Below, in pieces: positions 1 through 9,957 of a DNA stretch of 64,000 nt (position 1 is the stretch's first letter; each line of letters begins with the position of its first letter). Below the pieces are notes generated by a model. The model did no database searches. It worked only from the letters and a program-made list of their open reading frames with translations, and was not told the DNA's origin. The DNA comes from Thermodesulfobium acidiphilum (GTDB lineage: Bacteria > Thermodesulfobiota > Thermodesulfobiia > Thermodesulfobiales > Thermodesulfobiaceae): contig NZ_CP020921.1 in assembly GCF_003057965.1 (NCBI RefSeq), positions 1,600,916-1,664,915 on the forward strand, given 5' to 3'. The translations under genes and the position numbers were made by a program.

Positions 1-1
1 C

Positions 2-862
2 TTCGGAGGAACAAACGTTAGGCTTGCAAAAAAATTAAGATCTATCGGGATAAAGTCACCATTTGTATATCTTTTCCCTCCTGGCCCATGGGGTAAGACT
101 CAAGAGGAAATGAATAATATTGCACAACCTTTCGACCTATTTCTTGTACCATATAAATTTTATCTCGATGTATACAAAAATACAGGAAAAAAAACTTTCT
201 TAGTAAAGAATCCTATCATAGATGATAATAATAAAATTTTTCCCGTCAGATCGCTTTCCTTTGGTAAAGGAAAAGTTAATATTGGCATATTTCCAGGAAG
301 TAGAGCTCAAGAAGTAGACTGGATTTTACCATTTGTCTTAGATGAATGCCTACAAAAACAAAACGATTTTACTTTCAATATAATTCCATTTGGACCTTTA
401 GAAAAAAACATATTTAAAATTCTAATTTCAAAAAGGATAAACGTAGAAGAAAGGACAATAAAAAGCATTGAAGCAGCAATTGTAACCTCTGGGACAATGG
501 TCTTAAGAATTTTAAAGGAAAGGATACCGTTCATAGGAGTATATAGAATACATCCATGGGACTTTTTCTTCTATAAGAAAAAACTTGAAAAATCAAATCA
601 AGTATTTATACCTCCAAAATACAACGAAAAGAGAATATGTTTTCTCTTACCAAACATTTTATTAGGAAAAAATATATTTCCTGAAGTTCTATTTCCCTAC
701 GAAAAGATGTGGGATAAAGTAGAATACGTTCTAAAAAATCAAAGTACACTTCTTAGCGCGGCTGAAAAAATTATGATTGAGCTAAGCGATGAATCATATC
801 AAAAAGATCTGGGTAATATTATTTTCACAAACATAAACATTAGACCTCAGCCATTATTTTAG
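2..862 (+). CDS. lpxB: Lipid-A-disaccharide synthase-like protein (5' end outside window)
   Basis: Frame is open from nt 2 (FGGTNVRLAKKLRSIGIKSPFVYLFPPGPWG) and has the LpxB-like motifs GIFPGSRxxE, AAIVTSGT and LPNILLG. Confidence 0.7.
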   Translation, partial: FGGTNVRLAKKLRSIGIKSPFVYLFPPGPWGKTQEEMNNIAQPFDLFLVPYKFYLDVYKNTGKKTFLVKNPIIDDNNKIFPVRSLSFGKGKVNIGIFPGSRAQEVDWILPFVLDECLQKQNDFTFNIIPFGPLEKNIFKILISKRINVEERTIKSIEAAIVTSGTMVLRILKERIPFIGVYRIHPWDFFFYKKKLEKSNQVFIPPKYNEKRICFLLPNILLGKNIFPEVLFPYEKMWDKVEYVLKNQSTLLSAAEKIMIELSDESYQKDLGNIIFTNINIRPQPLF

Positions 863-1526
863 AAAGTTTATCTGCAATTTTTAAGGGTTCGGGTATTCTT
901 GAAAACGAACACTTGAGAGTTATTTCTATTGCATTGGTCAAATTAATCATATTTCCAACAGAAACATAGACAGGAGATACATTATCTTGTGTTCTCAAAA
1001 CTGCTCCTATAGTTTCATTTTTGTCAACAAGTGCGACAAAGCTGCCCTTCTTGGGACCAAGCTCACCTAATTCTTTCCCAAAAAGCCTAGACTTAGCACA
1101 ACCGAAGGTTGGCTTTTTTAGAATATAGCCAATGTGACAGGCAAGACCTGCCCTTCTCGGATGTGCTATTCCCTGACCGTCAACCATTACAACATCAAAA
1201 TCAACTGTAATATCTCTCATAGCAGCAATCAACGGCTTCACTTCTCTGAAAGCAAGAAAACCCGGAATGTATGGAAATCTTACAGCACACCTTGAAACGC
1301 TTGTTTGAATAATTTCTTTATCCTTTAAACTAAAAACCACTGCGCTTGCTTTAGAAAGATTGTTTTTATAAGAAACGTCTAAACCAAGTATTTTTATATC
1401 ATTAGAGATATTAAAATCACAAAAACTTAACATCTTTCTTAAATTATTTTGAAATTCCTTTGCTTCAGAAACTGACATAAGTTCAAGCTTTATAGCTTCT
1501 TGATACAAAAGTTCATACTTTTCCAT
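840..1526 (-). CDS. nfi: Endonuclease V
   Basis: Motifs GLDVSY, FPYIPGFLAFRE, VDGQGIAHPRRAGLACH, GCAKSRL, PEPLKIAD. Confidence 0.95.
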   Translation of the reverse strand: MEKYELLYQEAIKLELMSVSEAKEFQNNLRKMLSFCDFNISNDIKILGLDVSYKNNLSKASAVVFSLKDKEIIQTSVSRCAVRFPYIPGFLAFREVKPLIAAMRDITVDFDVVMVDGQGIAHPRRAGLACHIGYILKKPTFGCAKSRLFGKELGELGPKKGSFVALVDKNETIGAVLRTQDNVSPVYVSVGNMINLTNAIEITLKCSFSRIPEPLKIADKLSKIMAEV

Positions 1527-1543
1527 CTTGAAATTATCAAGTT

Positions 1544-2182
1544 TTATATTCTAATTTTCAAATCAACAGACCTTATGTTCGGATCTATGTCATGCAATGT
1601 GCTTATCAAAGCAATATTAACTTCTTTTATAACTTTCTCGACAAAAGATCCTAACTCTACCTCTTCGCCATTTACCCAAAGAGCACATTCAACTCTTCTA
1701 AATTTAATAAATTTTTCTTCAATAAAATCAGCAATCGGGACAGGATCGTCAATGGGAAACTGTGGCACAGCCTCAGAAGTAAATTCATCAGTTACCAGTG
1801 CTACAATTTCGTTTGGTTTACACAGAGGTTCTATACCTTTTCTTCTTATTTCAATTCTCTTTTTGCCTTCTTTTTTATATCCTTCAGTAAATAAAATATC
1901 TACTCCTTCAAAAAATTTCGCAACTTCTTCAAGAGTAAGCTCTTTTGAGACTTTTTGAATAATTGCCATCTTTTCAGAATGAGAGATCCCAACCGACCAG
2001 GCCCCTGCCTTTGCCATCCTCCACGTATCTTTACCTTCTTTGTCCATTTCAAAGCCATGGACATCGTGTTTTAAAACTCCTACCTTATAACCTCTTTTTG
2101 TGATTTCAGAAATTAATTTTTCAAGAAAGGTAGTTTTTCCAGAATTGCTTTTTCCTACAAAGCTAATAATTTCAAACAGCAT
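1544..2182 (-). CDS. mobB: Molybdopterin-guanine dinucleotide biosynthesis protein B
   Basis: Walker A GKSNSGKTT, KHDVHGFEMDKEGKDT, EGYK. Confidence 0.9.
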   Translation of the reverse strand: MLFEIISFVGKSNSGKTTFLEKLISEITKRGYKVGVLKHDVHGFEMDKEGKDTWRMAKAGAWSVGISHSEKMAIIQKVSKELTLEEVAKFFEGVDILFTEGYKKEGKKRIEIRRKGIEPLCKPNEIVALVTDEFTSEAVPQFPIDDPVPIADFIEEKFIKFRRVECALWVNGEEVELGSFVEKVIKEVNIALISTLHDIDPNIRSVDLKIRI

Positions 2183-2199
2183 TTTACCTCCCTAATTAA

Positions 2200-3171
2200 C
2201 TAAATTATGTCAAAAACTAATCTGGAAGAAAGCTTAAAAGCCTCATTAAAAAGCTCAAATTGAGCACTTCTGTCAAGTCTTGAATCAAAAAATACAAAGA
2301 ATTTTGCTTCATTCTTCAACAAAAAAGCCATCACACTTATTTGATCATCAATTAAAAGCATATTTTGTAACTTCCCAAAATCTAGCCTTAAAAGAGAGTC
2401 TTTTACCATCTTTGATAAAGAATCTAAAATTAGTGCCTTCACCTGACTATTCTCAAAAAAGTTTCTTTCAGACAAAATCACACCATCCTTATCAACCAAA
2501 ATATATCCACACGAACCAACCAGACTATCCGCATAATGAGAAAAGCCAGAAATGCTTAAAGGAAGTTGTATATTTTCAAAAACTTCAGTCTTAGAAGTGT
2601 TAGATAAATCATATTTTAGATTATTCAATGGTTCATCAGGAATATCTATACTTTTGTCGATATCTAAAGTCGCAGGTTCTTTAATATTAGAGTTAACATT
2701 CTTTCTTTTATTAAAACTGCCCCCTAAAAGACCTGTAGCAAATGGTAACAAAACTGAGGAAATAATCATAAAGGGTCCAAATTCAATCTCAAATCCCTTA
2801 TACGGAAACACTCCTATTAAAGAAGAAAAATAAAATAATATAATGTCTAAAATTAACGATGATATAACTAATATCAGAATTTTATAAATTGGGCTTATTT
2901 TCAAAACTACTGAAAAAATTAAAGAATAAATTATATAAAATACAAAAAGCCATATAAAAACTGATGTTCTAAAGGGTAAAAGACCATAAAAAGAGTCAAA
3001 AAAAGCTGAAATTGTTACAAAAAAGAATAACAAAGATGCTTCAAAAATATTAAACCAAGAATCTTTAACCGAAAAAATTGAAAAAAATTTAGCTTTTAAT
3101 TTTTGTTTTCCTTTCAAATTATCATTTTTTCCATCTATATCATGATTGACTTCTATGAAATCATCATCCAA
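2200..3171 (-). CDS. Membrane protein with C-terminal roadblock/LC7-like domain
   Basis: About four hydrophobic helices, then YILVDKDGVILS...LDFGKLQNMLL, a pattern typical of roadblock/MglB folds. Confidence 0.5.
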   Translation of the reverse strand: MDDDFIEVNHDIDGKNDNLKGKQKLKAKFFSIFSVKDSWFNIFEASLLFFFVTISAFFDSFYGLLPFRTSVFIWLFVFYIIYSLIFSVVLKISPIYKILILVISSLILDIILFYFSSLIGVFPYKGFEIEFGPFMIISSVLLPFATGLLGGSFNKRKNVNSNIKEPATLDIDKSIDIPDEPLNNLKYDLSNTSKTEVFENIQLPLSISGFSHYADSLVGSCGYILVDKDGVILSERNFFENSQVKALILDSLSKMVKDSLLRLDFGKLQNMLLIDDQISVMAFLLKNEAKFFVFFDSRLDRSAQFELFNEAFKLSSRLVFDII

Positions 3172-3213
3172 TTTTATACCTCCAAAAAATATACTGAAAA
3201 TCCTCGACCTAAC

Positions 3214-4026
3214 CTATTTAGATCTGACCCTCTTCAACAATTCATCTTTCATATCCTCAATTGGGGGACTAACCTTAAAGATCAATTCAAATGCCTTAAC
3301 GCCTTGATATAAAAGCATATCAATCCCAGATATTACAAAAGCTCCAAACTTTCTTGCCTCTGTTAAAAAGGGGGTATATTCAGGTACATAAACCATATCA
3401 AAAAAAACTTTACCACTGATATCAAAATTCTTGGGAAAGGGAGGCATACCTATAGAATTCTTTCCTAAAGGTGTAGCATTGACCAATACATCAAAATATG
3501 GTAAATCCTCGCTCCAAATTAAGGTATCAACTCCATATAATTTTGATAGATCTTTTATTTTTTCAGGGCTTCTACCCATCACCCAAACACTTGCACCTTC
3601 CTTGAGGAAAAAATATATCGCAGCCTTTGCTACCCCCCCGCTCCCAAAAATTCCTACTACTTTATTTTTCAAATCATAATTAATGTTTTCAAAAGATTCC
3701 TTTATCCCATAAATATCAGTATTATAACCACACCACTTATTGTCAACCAGAACAATGGTATTAAGCGCTCTCGCTCCAATAGCATCGTTATCAACCCAAT
3801 CGATCAAATCCATGATTGTTTCTTTATATGGAATAGTTACGTTAAATCCTAAAGCCCCCACATCAATCATCACTTTTAAAAAATCGAACAAATTTTCCTT
3901 CTCAAGATCGAACAATAAATATACCGCATCAATGCCTAATTTTTCTAATGCTCTATTGTGCATTGCAGGGGATAGCGAGTAAGAAATATCTTTTCCTATT
4001 AGACCGCTAATTCTTTTCATATTCAA
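3214..4026 (-). CDS. aroE: Shikimate dehydrogenase
   Basis: SLSPAMHN, GFNVTIPYK, GYNTD, NATPLG, MLLYQG. Confidence 0.95.
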   Translation of the reverse strand: MNMKRISGLIGKDISYSLSPAMHNRALEKLGIDAVYLLFDLEKENLFDFLKVMIDVGALGFNVTIPYKETIMDLIDWVDNDAIGARALNTIVLVDNKWCGYNTDIYGIKESFENINYDLKNKVVGIFGSGGVAKAAIYFFLKEGASVWVMGRSPEKIKDLSKLYGVDTLIWSEDLPYFDVLVNATPLGKNSIGMPPFPKNFDISGKVFFDMVYVPEYTPFLTEARKFGAFVISGIDMLLYQGVKAFELIFKVSPPIEDMKDELLKRVRSK

Positions 4027-5071
4027 TCCACTTCAAAAGACAATTCTTTATTTGTGGAAAATCAGTGGTATATATAAAAACATCAGAAAAGTCTTTCATA
4101 ATAACAAATCTTATCTTTGAAGAGATATTTTTTTTATCTTTTAAAACATATTGTTCAATTGAGTCAACATCTAAATCAGTCGGATATGAAGTAGGCAAAT
4201 TATACTTACAGAACAAAGATTTAATCTCTTTATAGAGTTCTATATTGGCATATCCAAGACAATAAGAGAAAAATGCAGCAAAACAACTACCAATTGATAT
4301 AGCTTCTCCGTGAGTAAATCTGGAGTACAAAGTTCTAGCTTCTATGGCATGCCCAAGAGTGTGGCCAAGATTCAATAATGCCCTTTTCCCAGTTTTCTCT
4401 CTTTCATCTTCTTTTACATATCTAGACTTTATATCAATTGAAAGCTCAACCAACCTTCCTATATCAGGTCTCTCTTTTTTAATTTCATCAAGTATAAAGG
4501 AGTCATCAAGTATTGCATACTTAATAATTTCTGCCATCCCTGATGAAATTTCTCTTTCTGGCAGTGATTTCAAAAAATTTAAGTCTATAACTATATTTTT
4601 CGGATGATAAAAACTGCCTAAAAGATTTTTCCCAAAATCTAAATCAATGCCGTTTTTTCCGCCAATTGAACTGTCCACCATTGACAAAAGAGTGGTAGGA
4701 ACAAGAGAAAACGATATCCCTCTCATGTAAACAGAACACAAAAAACCACACAGATCTCCCAAAACTCCTCCACCCAGAACAATAACATGAGAATATCTAT
4801 CTAATGAGTGTTCAAAAAATATTTTTGAAAGCTCTATGAATTTCGACAAAGATTTTGTTTTTTCACCCTCCGGAAGCACAACTATATCAATATTTCTTCT
4901 TTTAAAGGTGTTTTTTAAATCGTAGATCTCCAACAATATATAGTGTGTAACGGCTAAAACTTTTGAATATCCATCTTCCAATATCTCATCCAGAGCCTCA
5001 TCAAGAGATTTGAAATATACGTTCACATCAGCTGAGCTAAAATTTAAAGTTTTTACCATAAACATCATCAC
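4007..5071 (-). CDS. aroB: 3-dehydroquinate synthase
   Basis: GGGVLGDLCGF, PTTLLSMVDSSIGGKNG, LNLGHTLGHAIE. Confidence 0.95.
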   Translation of the reverse strand: MMMFMVKTLNFSSADVNVYFKSLDEALDEILEDGYSKVLAVTHYILLEIYDLKNTFKRRNIDIVVLPEGEKTKSLSKFIELSKIFFEHSLDRYSHVIVLGGGVLGDLCGFLCSVYMRGISFSLVPTTLLSMVDSSIGGKNGIDLDFGKNLLGSFYHPKNIVIDLNFLKSLPEREISSGMAEIIKYAILDDSFILDEIKKERPDIGRLVELSIDIKSRYVKEDEREKTGKRALLNLGHTLGHAIEARTLYSRFTHGEAISIGSCFAAFFSYCLGYANIELYKEIKSLFCKYNLPTSYPTDLDVDSIEQYVLKDKKNISSKIRFVIMKDFSDVFIYTTDFPQIKNCLLKWIEYEKN

Positions 5072-5093
5072 CCAATTTTCAGTATCTTAAATT

Positions 5094-5618
5094 TTAAAAA
5101 ACAAGGTTATAAATTTGATCTATTATCTCGTCAACAAGTTCACATATTTCTTTAAAAGAGGTATCCAAAAGAAAATCTGACATAAAATAGTATTTCATCC
5201 TTTTTTCAAGCAAATCTCTTATTCGCTCTAGTATAAGATCTTCTCTGCCCAAATCTAAAAGTGGCCTGTCTCTATTTGAACAAATTCTTGAATAAATCAC
5301 TTCAGGTTGAGCCATAAAAGTGATTATAAGAGCATTTTTGCTTAAAATTTCCCTATTGAAAGGATTTACCAGAGTTCCTCCCCCTACCGATACAACGTAG
5401 TTTGATAGCTTAGAAACGTTAAAAACTATTAGGGTTTCAAATCTCCTAAATACGTCTTCGCCAAACTCAGAAAATATTTTTGATATCTTCATGCCAGATA
5501 ACAATTCTATTTGTTCATCAGTATCGACAAAACCCCATCCCAATCTTTGGGCAAGAGCTTTTCCTACAGTCGATTTTCCTGTACCCATAAAACCAGATAA
5601 AACTATATTTTTTTTCAA
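5094..5618 (-). CDS. aroK: Shikimate kinase
   Basis: GFMGTGKST, DTD, GEDVFR, GGG, RPLL. Confidence 0.95.
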   Translation of the reverse strand: MKKNIVLSGFMGTGKSTVGKALAQRLGWGFVDTDEQIELLSGMKISKIFSEFGEDVFRRFETLIVFNVSKLSNYVVSVGGGTLVNPFNREILSKNALIITFMAQPEVIYSRICSNRDRPLLDLGREDLILERIRDLLEKRMKYYFMSDFLLDTSFKEICELVDEIIDQIYNLVF

Positions 5619-6820
5619 GTTGAAAACCTCTTAAAAAGATATTCTTTATATCTAGCAAAATTATCTAAAGTTTCATTTATATTATCGCTACCGAATTTTT
5701 TGAGATAACAATCAGCAAGGGCTATAGAAAGTTGCATTGAAACTATTACTGAATAGGCAGCAATAGCCAATACATCTGATCTTTGATAAGATGCTTCTTC
5801 AATTTTCATTGATCTAATATTTAAGCCATTTAAAGGTTTTGCAGTAGACGGTATGGGTTTCATAAATGATTTTACTATTATTGGTTCACCATTAGAAATC
5901 CCCCCTTCAATTCCACCAGCAAAATTCGATCTTCTAAATATTCCCTTGGGCAAATATTGGTTTAGACCTCCATAAAGATTTTTAGAAGAGGGTTTTTGCT
6001 CTGTGGTAAACTCATCATGAAAGTTAGATCCCAACATCCTTGAAGATTGTGCACCTAAACCTATTTCTACAGCCTTTGTTGCAGGTATGGAAGAGATGTG
6101 AAAGGCTATAATAGCGGACAACCTTTCGTTATATGATGTATAGCTTCCAATACCTGGTACTACGTTCAACGCGAAAGCTAATACACTTCCCCCCAAAGTA
6201 TCGCCTTTGAGCTTTACTTCATCTACGTATAATTTTATTTTTTCATCCTCTTCAGGATATGGAGTAAAGAAGATAGATTCACGCGATCTTTTATAACCAT
6301 CTAAGAGATCGTCGGGAAGAGGAAAGGTATGCTCACCAATGCCTGTTACAAATGAACCAATTTTAACACCAAAGGTTTCGAGTAATATTTCTGCAACAGC
6401 CCCCGCAGCCACCCTTGAAGCAGTTTCTCTAGCAGAAGCCCGTTCCAAAACATTTCTCATGTCGTCAAAATTATACTTTAAGGCTCCAACAAAATCTGCA
6501 TGCCCAGGTCTTGCACTCAAGACTTCCTTACCATAACCTGTAATAGGATCCATGTATTCAGACCAATTTTTATAATCATTATTTTTAATCCAAAAAACCA
6601 GGGGAGAACCCAGGGTCTTAGAGCCTCTCAAACCTGCAACAACTTCTACTTGATCGCTTTCTATACTCATTCTTTTGCCCCTACCATATCCTAACATACG
6701 CTCTTTCAACCTTTTGTTTATTTTGTTTAGATCTATAGTTAGACCTGCTGGAATTCCCTTTATAAGTATTGTTAAACCTTTTCCGTGCGATTCTCCAGCG
6801 CTTTCAAACTGAAAACTCAA
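5615..6820 (-). CDS. aroC: Chorismate synthase
   Basis: AGESHG, RPGHAD, ERASARET, GGIEGGISNG, RSD. Confidence 0.95.
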   Translation of the reverse strand: MSFQFESAGESHGKGLTILIKGIPAGLTIDLNKINKRLKERMLGYGRGKRMSIESDQVEVVAGLRGSKTLGSPLVFWIKNNDYKNWSEYMDPITGYGKEVLSARPGHADFVGALKYNFDDMRNVLERASARETASRVAAGAVAEILLETFGVKIGSFVTGIGEHTFPLPDDLLDGYKRSRESIFFTPYPEEDEKIKLYVDEVKLKGDTLGGSVLAFALNVVPGIGSYTSYNERLSAIIAFHISSIPATKAVEIGLGAQSSRMLGSNFHDEFTTEQKPSSKNLYGGLNQYLPKGIFRRSNFAGGIEGGISNGEPIIVKSFMKPIPSTAKPLNGLNIRSMKIEEASYQRSDVLAIAAYSVIVSMQLSIALADCYLKKFGSDNINETLDNFARYKEYLFKRFST

Positions 6821-7823
6821 ATCCTATTCTCTCCTTGTTTTTTAATATTACATTATACACACTTTGTGGCAGTATTTCATCTAAACAGTGCAAACCCTTA
6901 GGACAGTTTTTTTTCATGCATGGGCTACAACTTATAGGGCTCTGGATAGCAAAATATGGACCTTCAGGGAGAGACCAATTCGGCCTTGTTGGACCATATA
7001 GCACTACTGCTGGAGTGCCAACGCTAAACGCCATGTGTAAAGGAGACGAATCATTTGTTACAAGAAGCTTTGATTTCTTTATTAAGAGAATTGAAGAAAA
7101 ATATGGCAGTTTTCCTATAAGGTTATAAATATTTTCGCCTTCAAAACCATATTTTTCTTCACCCTTCGCACCAATTAAAGCAATAGATACTTTATTTTTT
7201 GCAATAATAATCTTTGCTAATTCTTTGAAATGCTCAACGTTCCATCTTTTTAGAGCTTGACTAGCAGAAGTAGCAAATACAACAAGAGGCTCGCCTTTGT
7301 AACCTAGAGAATATAAATTCTCGTTCAATATTTCTTCATCCAAATCGTTAAAAAGTAAATGCGGCCTTTCTGGCATCATATCGATCCCAATAGATTTTAA
7401 GATTCTAGAGAAATGGCAATAGGCGTGATCATTACCTCTTTCTTCAAGAGATGGCATAGATTTTGTCCTTAATTTATATCTGAGCATTTTCAAAAGAAAC
7501 GCTGACCTTTTATTGTCTTGAATATCAACAACTATATCAAAAGTATGTTTTCTGAGAAATTTAGCCAAAAGGATCATAGAGATATAACCCTTTATCCCAA
7601 ATCTATTTATACCAATAACTCTGTCTGCAAGCACTCTATCCTGAAATACAGGAACAAATTCTTCTCCCATTATCCAGGTAATTTCTGAATTTCTATATAA
7701 ATTTTTTAAAAGAGATACTACACCAGAAGCCAAAATTATATCCCCAAAGGAACTAAATCTAATAAATAGAATCCTACTTTTAAACTCTTCATAAATCATT
7801 GAAGACTTTAGATCATTTTTCAT
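6804..7823 (-). CDS. GT9 family LPS heptosyltransferase
   Basis: RFSSFGDII, KRW, TNDSSPLHMA, LYGPT and C-terminal CSPC...CP...C. Confidence 0.85.
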   Translation of the reverse strand: MKNDLKSSMIYEEFKSRILFIRFSSFGDIILASGVVSLLKNLYRNSEITWIMGEEFVPVFQDRVLADRVIGINRFGIKGYISMILLAKFLRKHTFDIVVDIQDNKRSAFLLKMLRYKLRTKSMPSLEERGNDHAYCHFSRILKSIGIDMMPERPHLLFNDLDEEILNENLYSLGYKGEPLVVFATSASQALKRWNVEHFKELAKIIIAKNKVSIALIGAKGEEKYGFEGENIYNLIGKLPYFSSILLIKKSKLLVTNDSSPLHMAFSVGTPAVVLYGPTRPNWSLPEGPYFAIQSPISCSPCMKKNCPKGLHCLDEILPQSVYNVILKNKERIGFEFSV

Positions 7824-8838
7824 TTTTAATAACTTCTAAATAAATTTCCTCAACTCTTTTTGCTACATTTTTCCAGCTAAAGGTCTTACTTCTTTCAAGT
7901 GCCCTTTTTGATAAACTTTGTCTGCCTTCCTTATCCTCTATCAATCTCAAAAGGGACTTTACCCACAAATTTAGATCAGATTTTGGTAAGACAATAATTG
8001 AATTTTTCCCTATTTCAGAAATACATCCAACATCTGAAGCAACACATGCAAGACCTGAACTCATTGCTTCTAAAAGAACTAATGGATATACCTCTTTAAT
8101 AGAAGGTAGACAAAATATATCAAAAGTTGGATAAATACTTTCCATATCGTCTCTTTTCCCCATAAAGACCACTCTGGATGATATGTTAAGATTTATTGCT
8201 TCTTCCTCTAATGTCTCCCTTAGTTCTCCATCTCCTACTATCACAAGTTTTGTTTGAATAGGCAAATAGCTAAAAACTTTAAGAAAAAATGAAAAACCTT
8301 TTGCGCTAACCAATCTTCCTACTAAACCTATTACAATATCATCCTTTGCCTTTTCAACATTTTTTGGCTTAAATCTTTCTGTATCAACTCCATTTCCAAC
8401 TATTCTTATTTTCTCTGCATCTACGCCCAGTTCCTTGGTAACATAAATTTGATGGGTAAGACAAAGCGATATAACTACATTAGCCAATGAAATTAGCTTT
8501 GACAATCTGTGAGGGCTATAGTTTCCATGTGCTGTATACACTACAGGAATTTTGAGAGCTTTAGCCCATGGCAAAACAGCTAAAAATGGCATCCTTGAGT
8601 GCACATGAACAACGTCAGGAGAAAAATCTTTAAGAAGTCTTAATAATCCAAAAGAGGAAAGAAACAGCGAAACAGGATCTTTGCTATGTAATGGCAAACT
8701 TATATCATTAATTGCATTTGGAGTATGCCAAACAATTTTCACCTCATGTCCAAAATTTATAAGCTCACTGGAAAGTTTAACAACATGATGAGAAACTCCT
8801 CCAGCATCCTTCTCGTGAGCAACAAGCAATACCTTCAT
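7813..8838 (-). CDS. GT4 family glycosyltransferase
   Basis: GGVSHHV, NGVD, VGRL...KG, ExxxxxxxEAM motif. Confidence 0.85.
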   Translation of the reverse strand: MKVLLVAHEKDAGGVSHHVVKLSSELINFGHEVKIVWHTPNAINDISLPLHSKDPVSLFLSSFGLLRLLKDFSPDVVHVHSRMPFLAVLPWAKALKIPVVYTAHGNYSPHRLSKLISLANVVISLCLTHQIYVTKELGVDAEKIRIVGNGVDTERFKPKNVEKAKDDIVIGLVGRLVSAKGFSFFLKVFSYLPIQTKLVIVGDGELRETLEEEAINLNISSRVVFMGKRDDMESIYPTFDIFCLPSIKEVYPLVLLEAMSSGLACVASDVGCISEIGKNSIIVLPKSDLNLWVKSLLRLIEDKEGRQSLSKRALERSKTFSWKNVAKRVEEIYLEVIKNEK

Positions 8839-8982
8839 AATTAAAATGATATGCCAGAAATATTCTTTTTTATAATTTCAAAAAAAAACATAAAACAGAT
8901 CATAATTCCCCTCGTATGAAGTTTAATAAAATTAATATAATATTTTATACTATATTTCTCAATACCTATAAATAAAGTTCAG

Positions 8983-9954
8983 CTATTGATCACTTTTAAA
9001 TAGATTCTTCACTTTTTCATATAATAGATTGGCATTTTCGAACCTTATTCTTTCTTTTTTTGTTATATTAAGCAGTTCTTCGTAATTTATTAACTTAATA
9101 AAACCTTGTTTTTCTAACATTTTAAATGAATTGCTAAATTTTGACCTGCTCTTTTCAGGAATTTTAATACAATAGCAAAATAAACCACAATTAATAGCCT
9201 CAGTTATCATAGAAATAGAATCAGCAGTAATAATTGCAAAGTCAGATATCTCAAAAAAATACCTGAGAGGATTCGTTTTATCTTTATGGTAATAAACAGA
9301 AAAATCCAGCGGATAATTCTTTTTTTCAAGAAAGCTTTCAAAATCCTCAGGAGTTCGCCTCGAAGTAGATAACAAATATTTATAATTCTTAAGATTTTCA
9401 TTTTTAAACAGCAACTCCAAACCTTCAATTATCTTATTAGATTCGAATCTATGATGCTTGCTATTCCCACCAATCACAATCGATATCCATGGCCCATCTG
9501 ACCCAAGTTTGGCTTTAAATTCATTAATTTCCTCATTTTTTAGCTTTTCTTTAAAATAAATAGCCCCAAATATGCGGTGAATCTTTGGATTATCTGGCGC
9601 TCTATCATGATAAGGGACAATTACCATATCAAAGATATCTGGCAAAAATTTTGGATAAAAGATAGAAATTGTAGGCAAACCTGTAGCCTTTTTAAAAAGC
9701 GCTAAAAATGGGTGGACTCTATTGCCCGCACCAATAGCTCCTATATATTTTTCTGGTTTAGTATCTAGAAATTTTATAAATAGTTGTCTAGCAAGTTTTT
9801 TACTAATAAAATTATCAAAAATTCTTACTATTTCAGTTCTAAAGTCAACAAATGGTATATTTTTTATTTCGTAATCTAGCCCAATTGACTTTGCAAGAGA
9901 TATAGCTTGATTGTAGTGCCCTGGCCTGCCTTCTGAAAGAATAATAATTTTCAA
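8983..9954 (-). CDS. ELM1/GtrOC1-family putative glycosyltransferase
   Basis: N-terminal LSEGRPGHYNQ, VPYHD, IGGNSKH, STSRRTP, TADSISMITEA. Confidence 0.8.
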   Translation of the reverse strand: MKIIILSEGRPGHYNQAISLAKSIGLDYEIKNIPFVDFRTEIVRIFDNFISKKLARQLFIKFLDTKPEKYIGAIGAGNRVHPFLALFKKATGLPTISIFYPKFLPDIFDMVIVPYHDRAPDNPKIHRIFGAIYFKEKLKNEEINEFKAKLGSDGPWISIVIGGNSKHHRFESNKIIEGLELLFKNENLKNYKYLLSTSRRTPEDFESFLEKKNYPLDFSVYYHKDKTNPLRYFFEISDFAIITADSISMITEAINCGLFCYCIKIPEKSRSKFSNSFKMLEKQGFIKLINYEELLNITKKERIRFENANLLYEKVKNLFKSDQ

Positions 9955-9957
9955 AGT

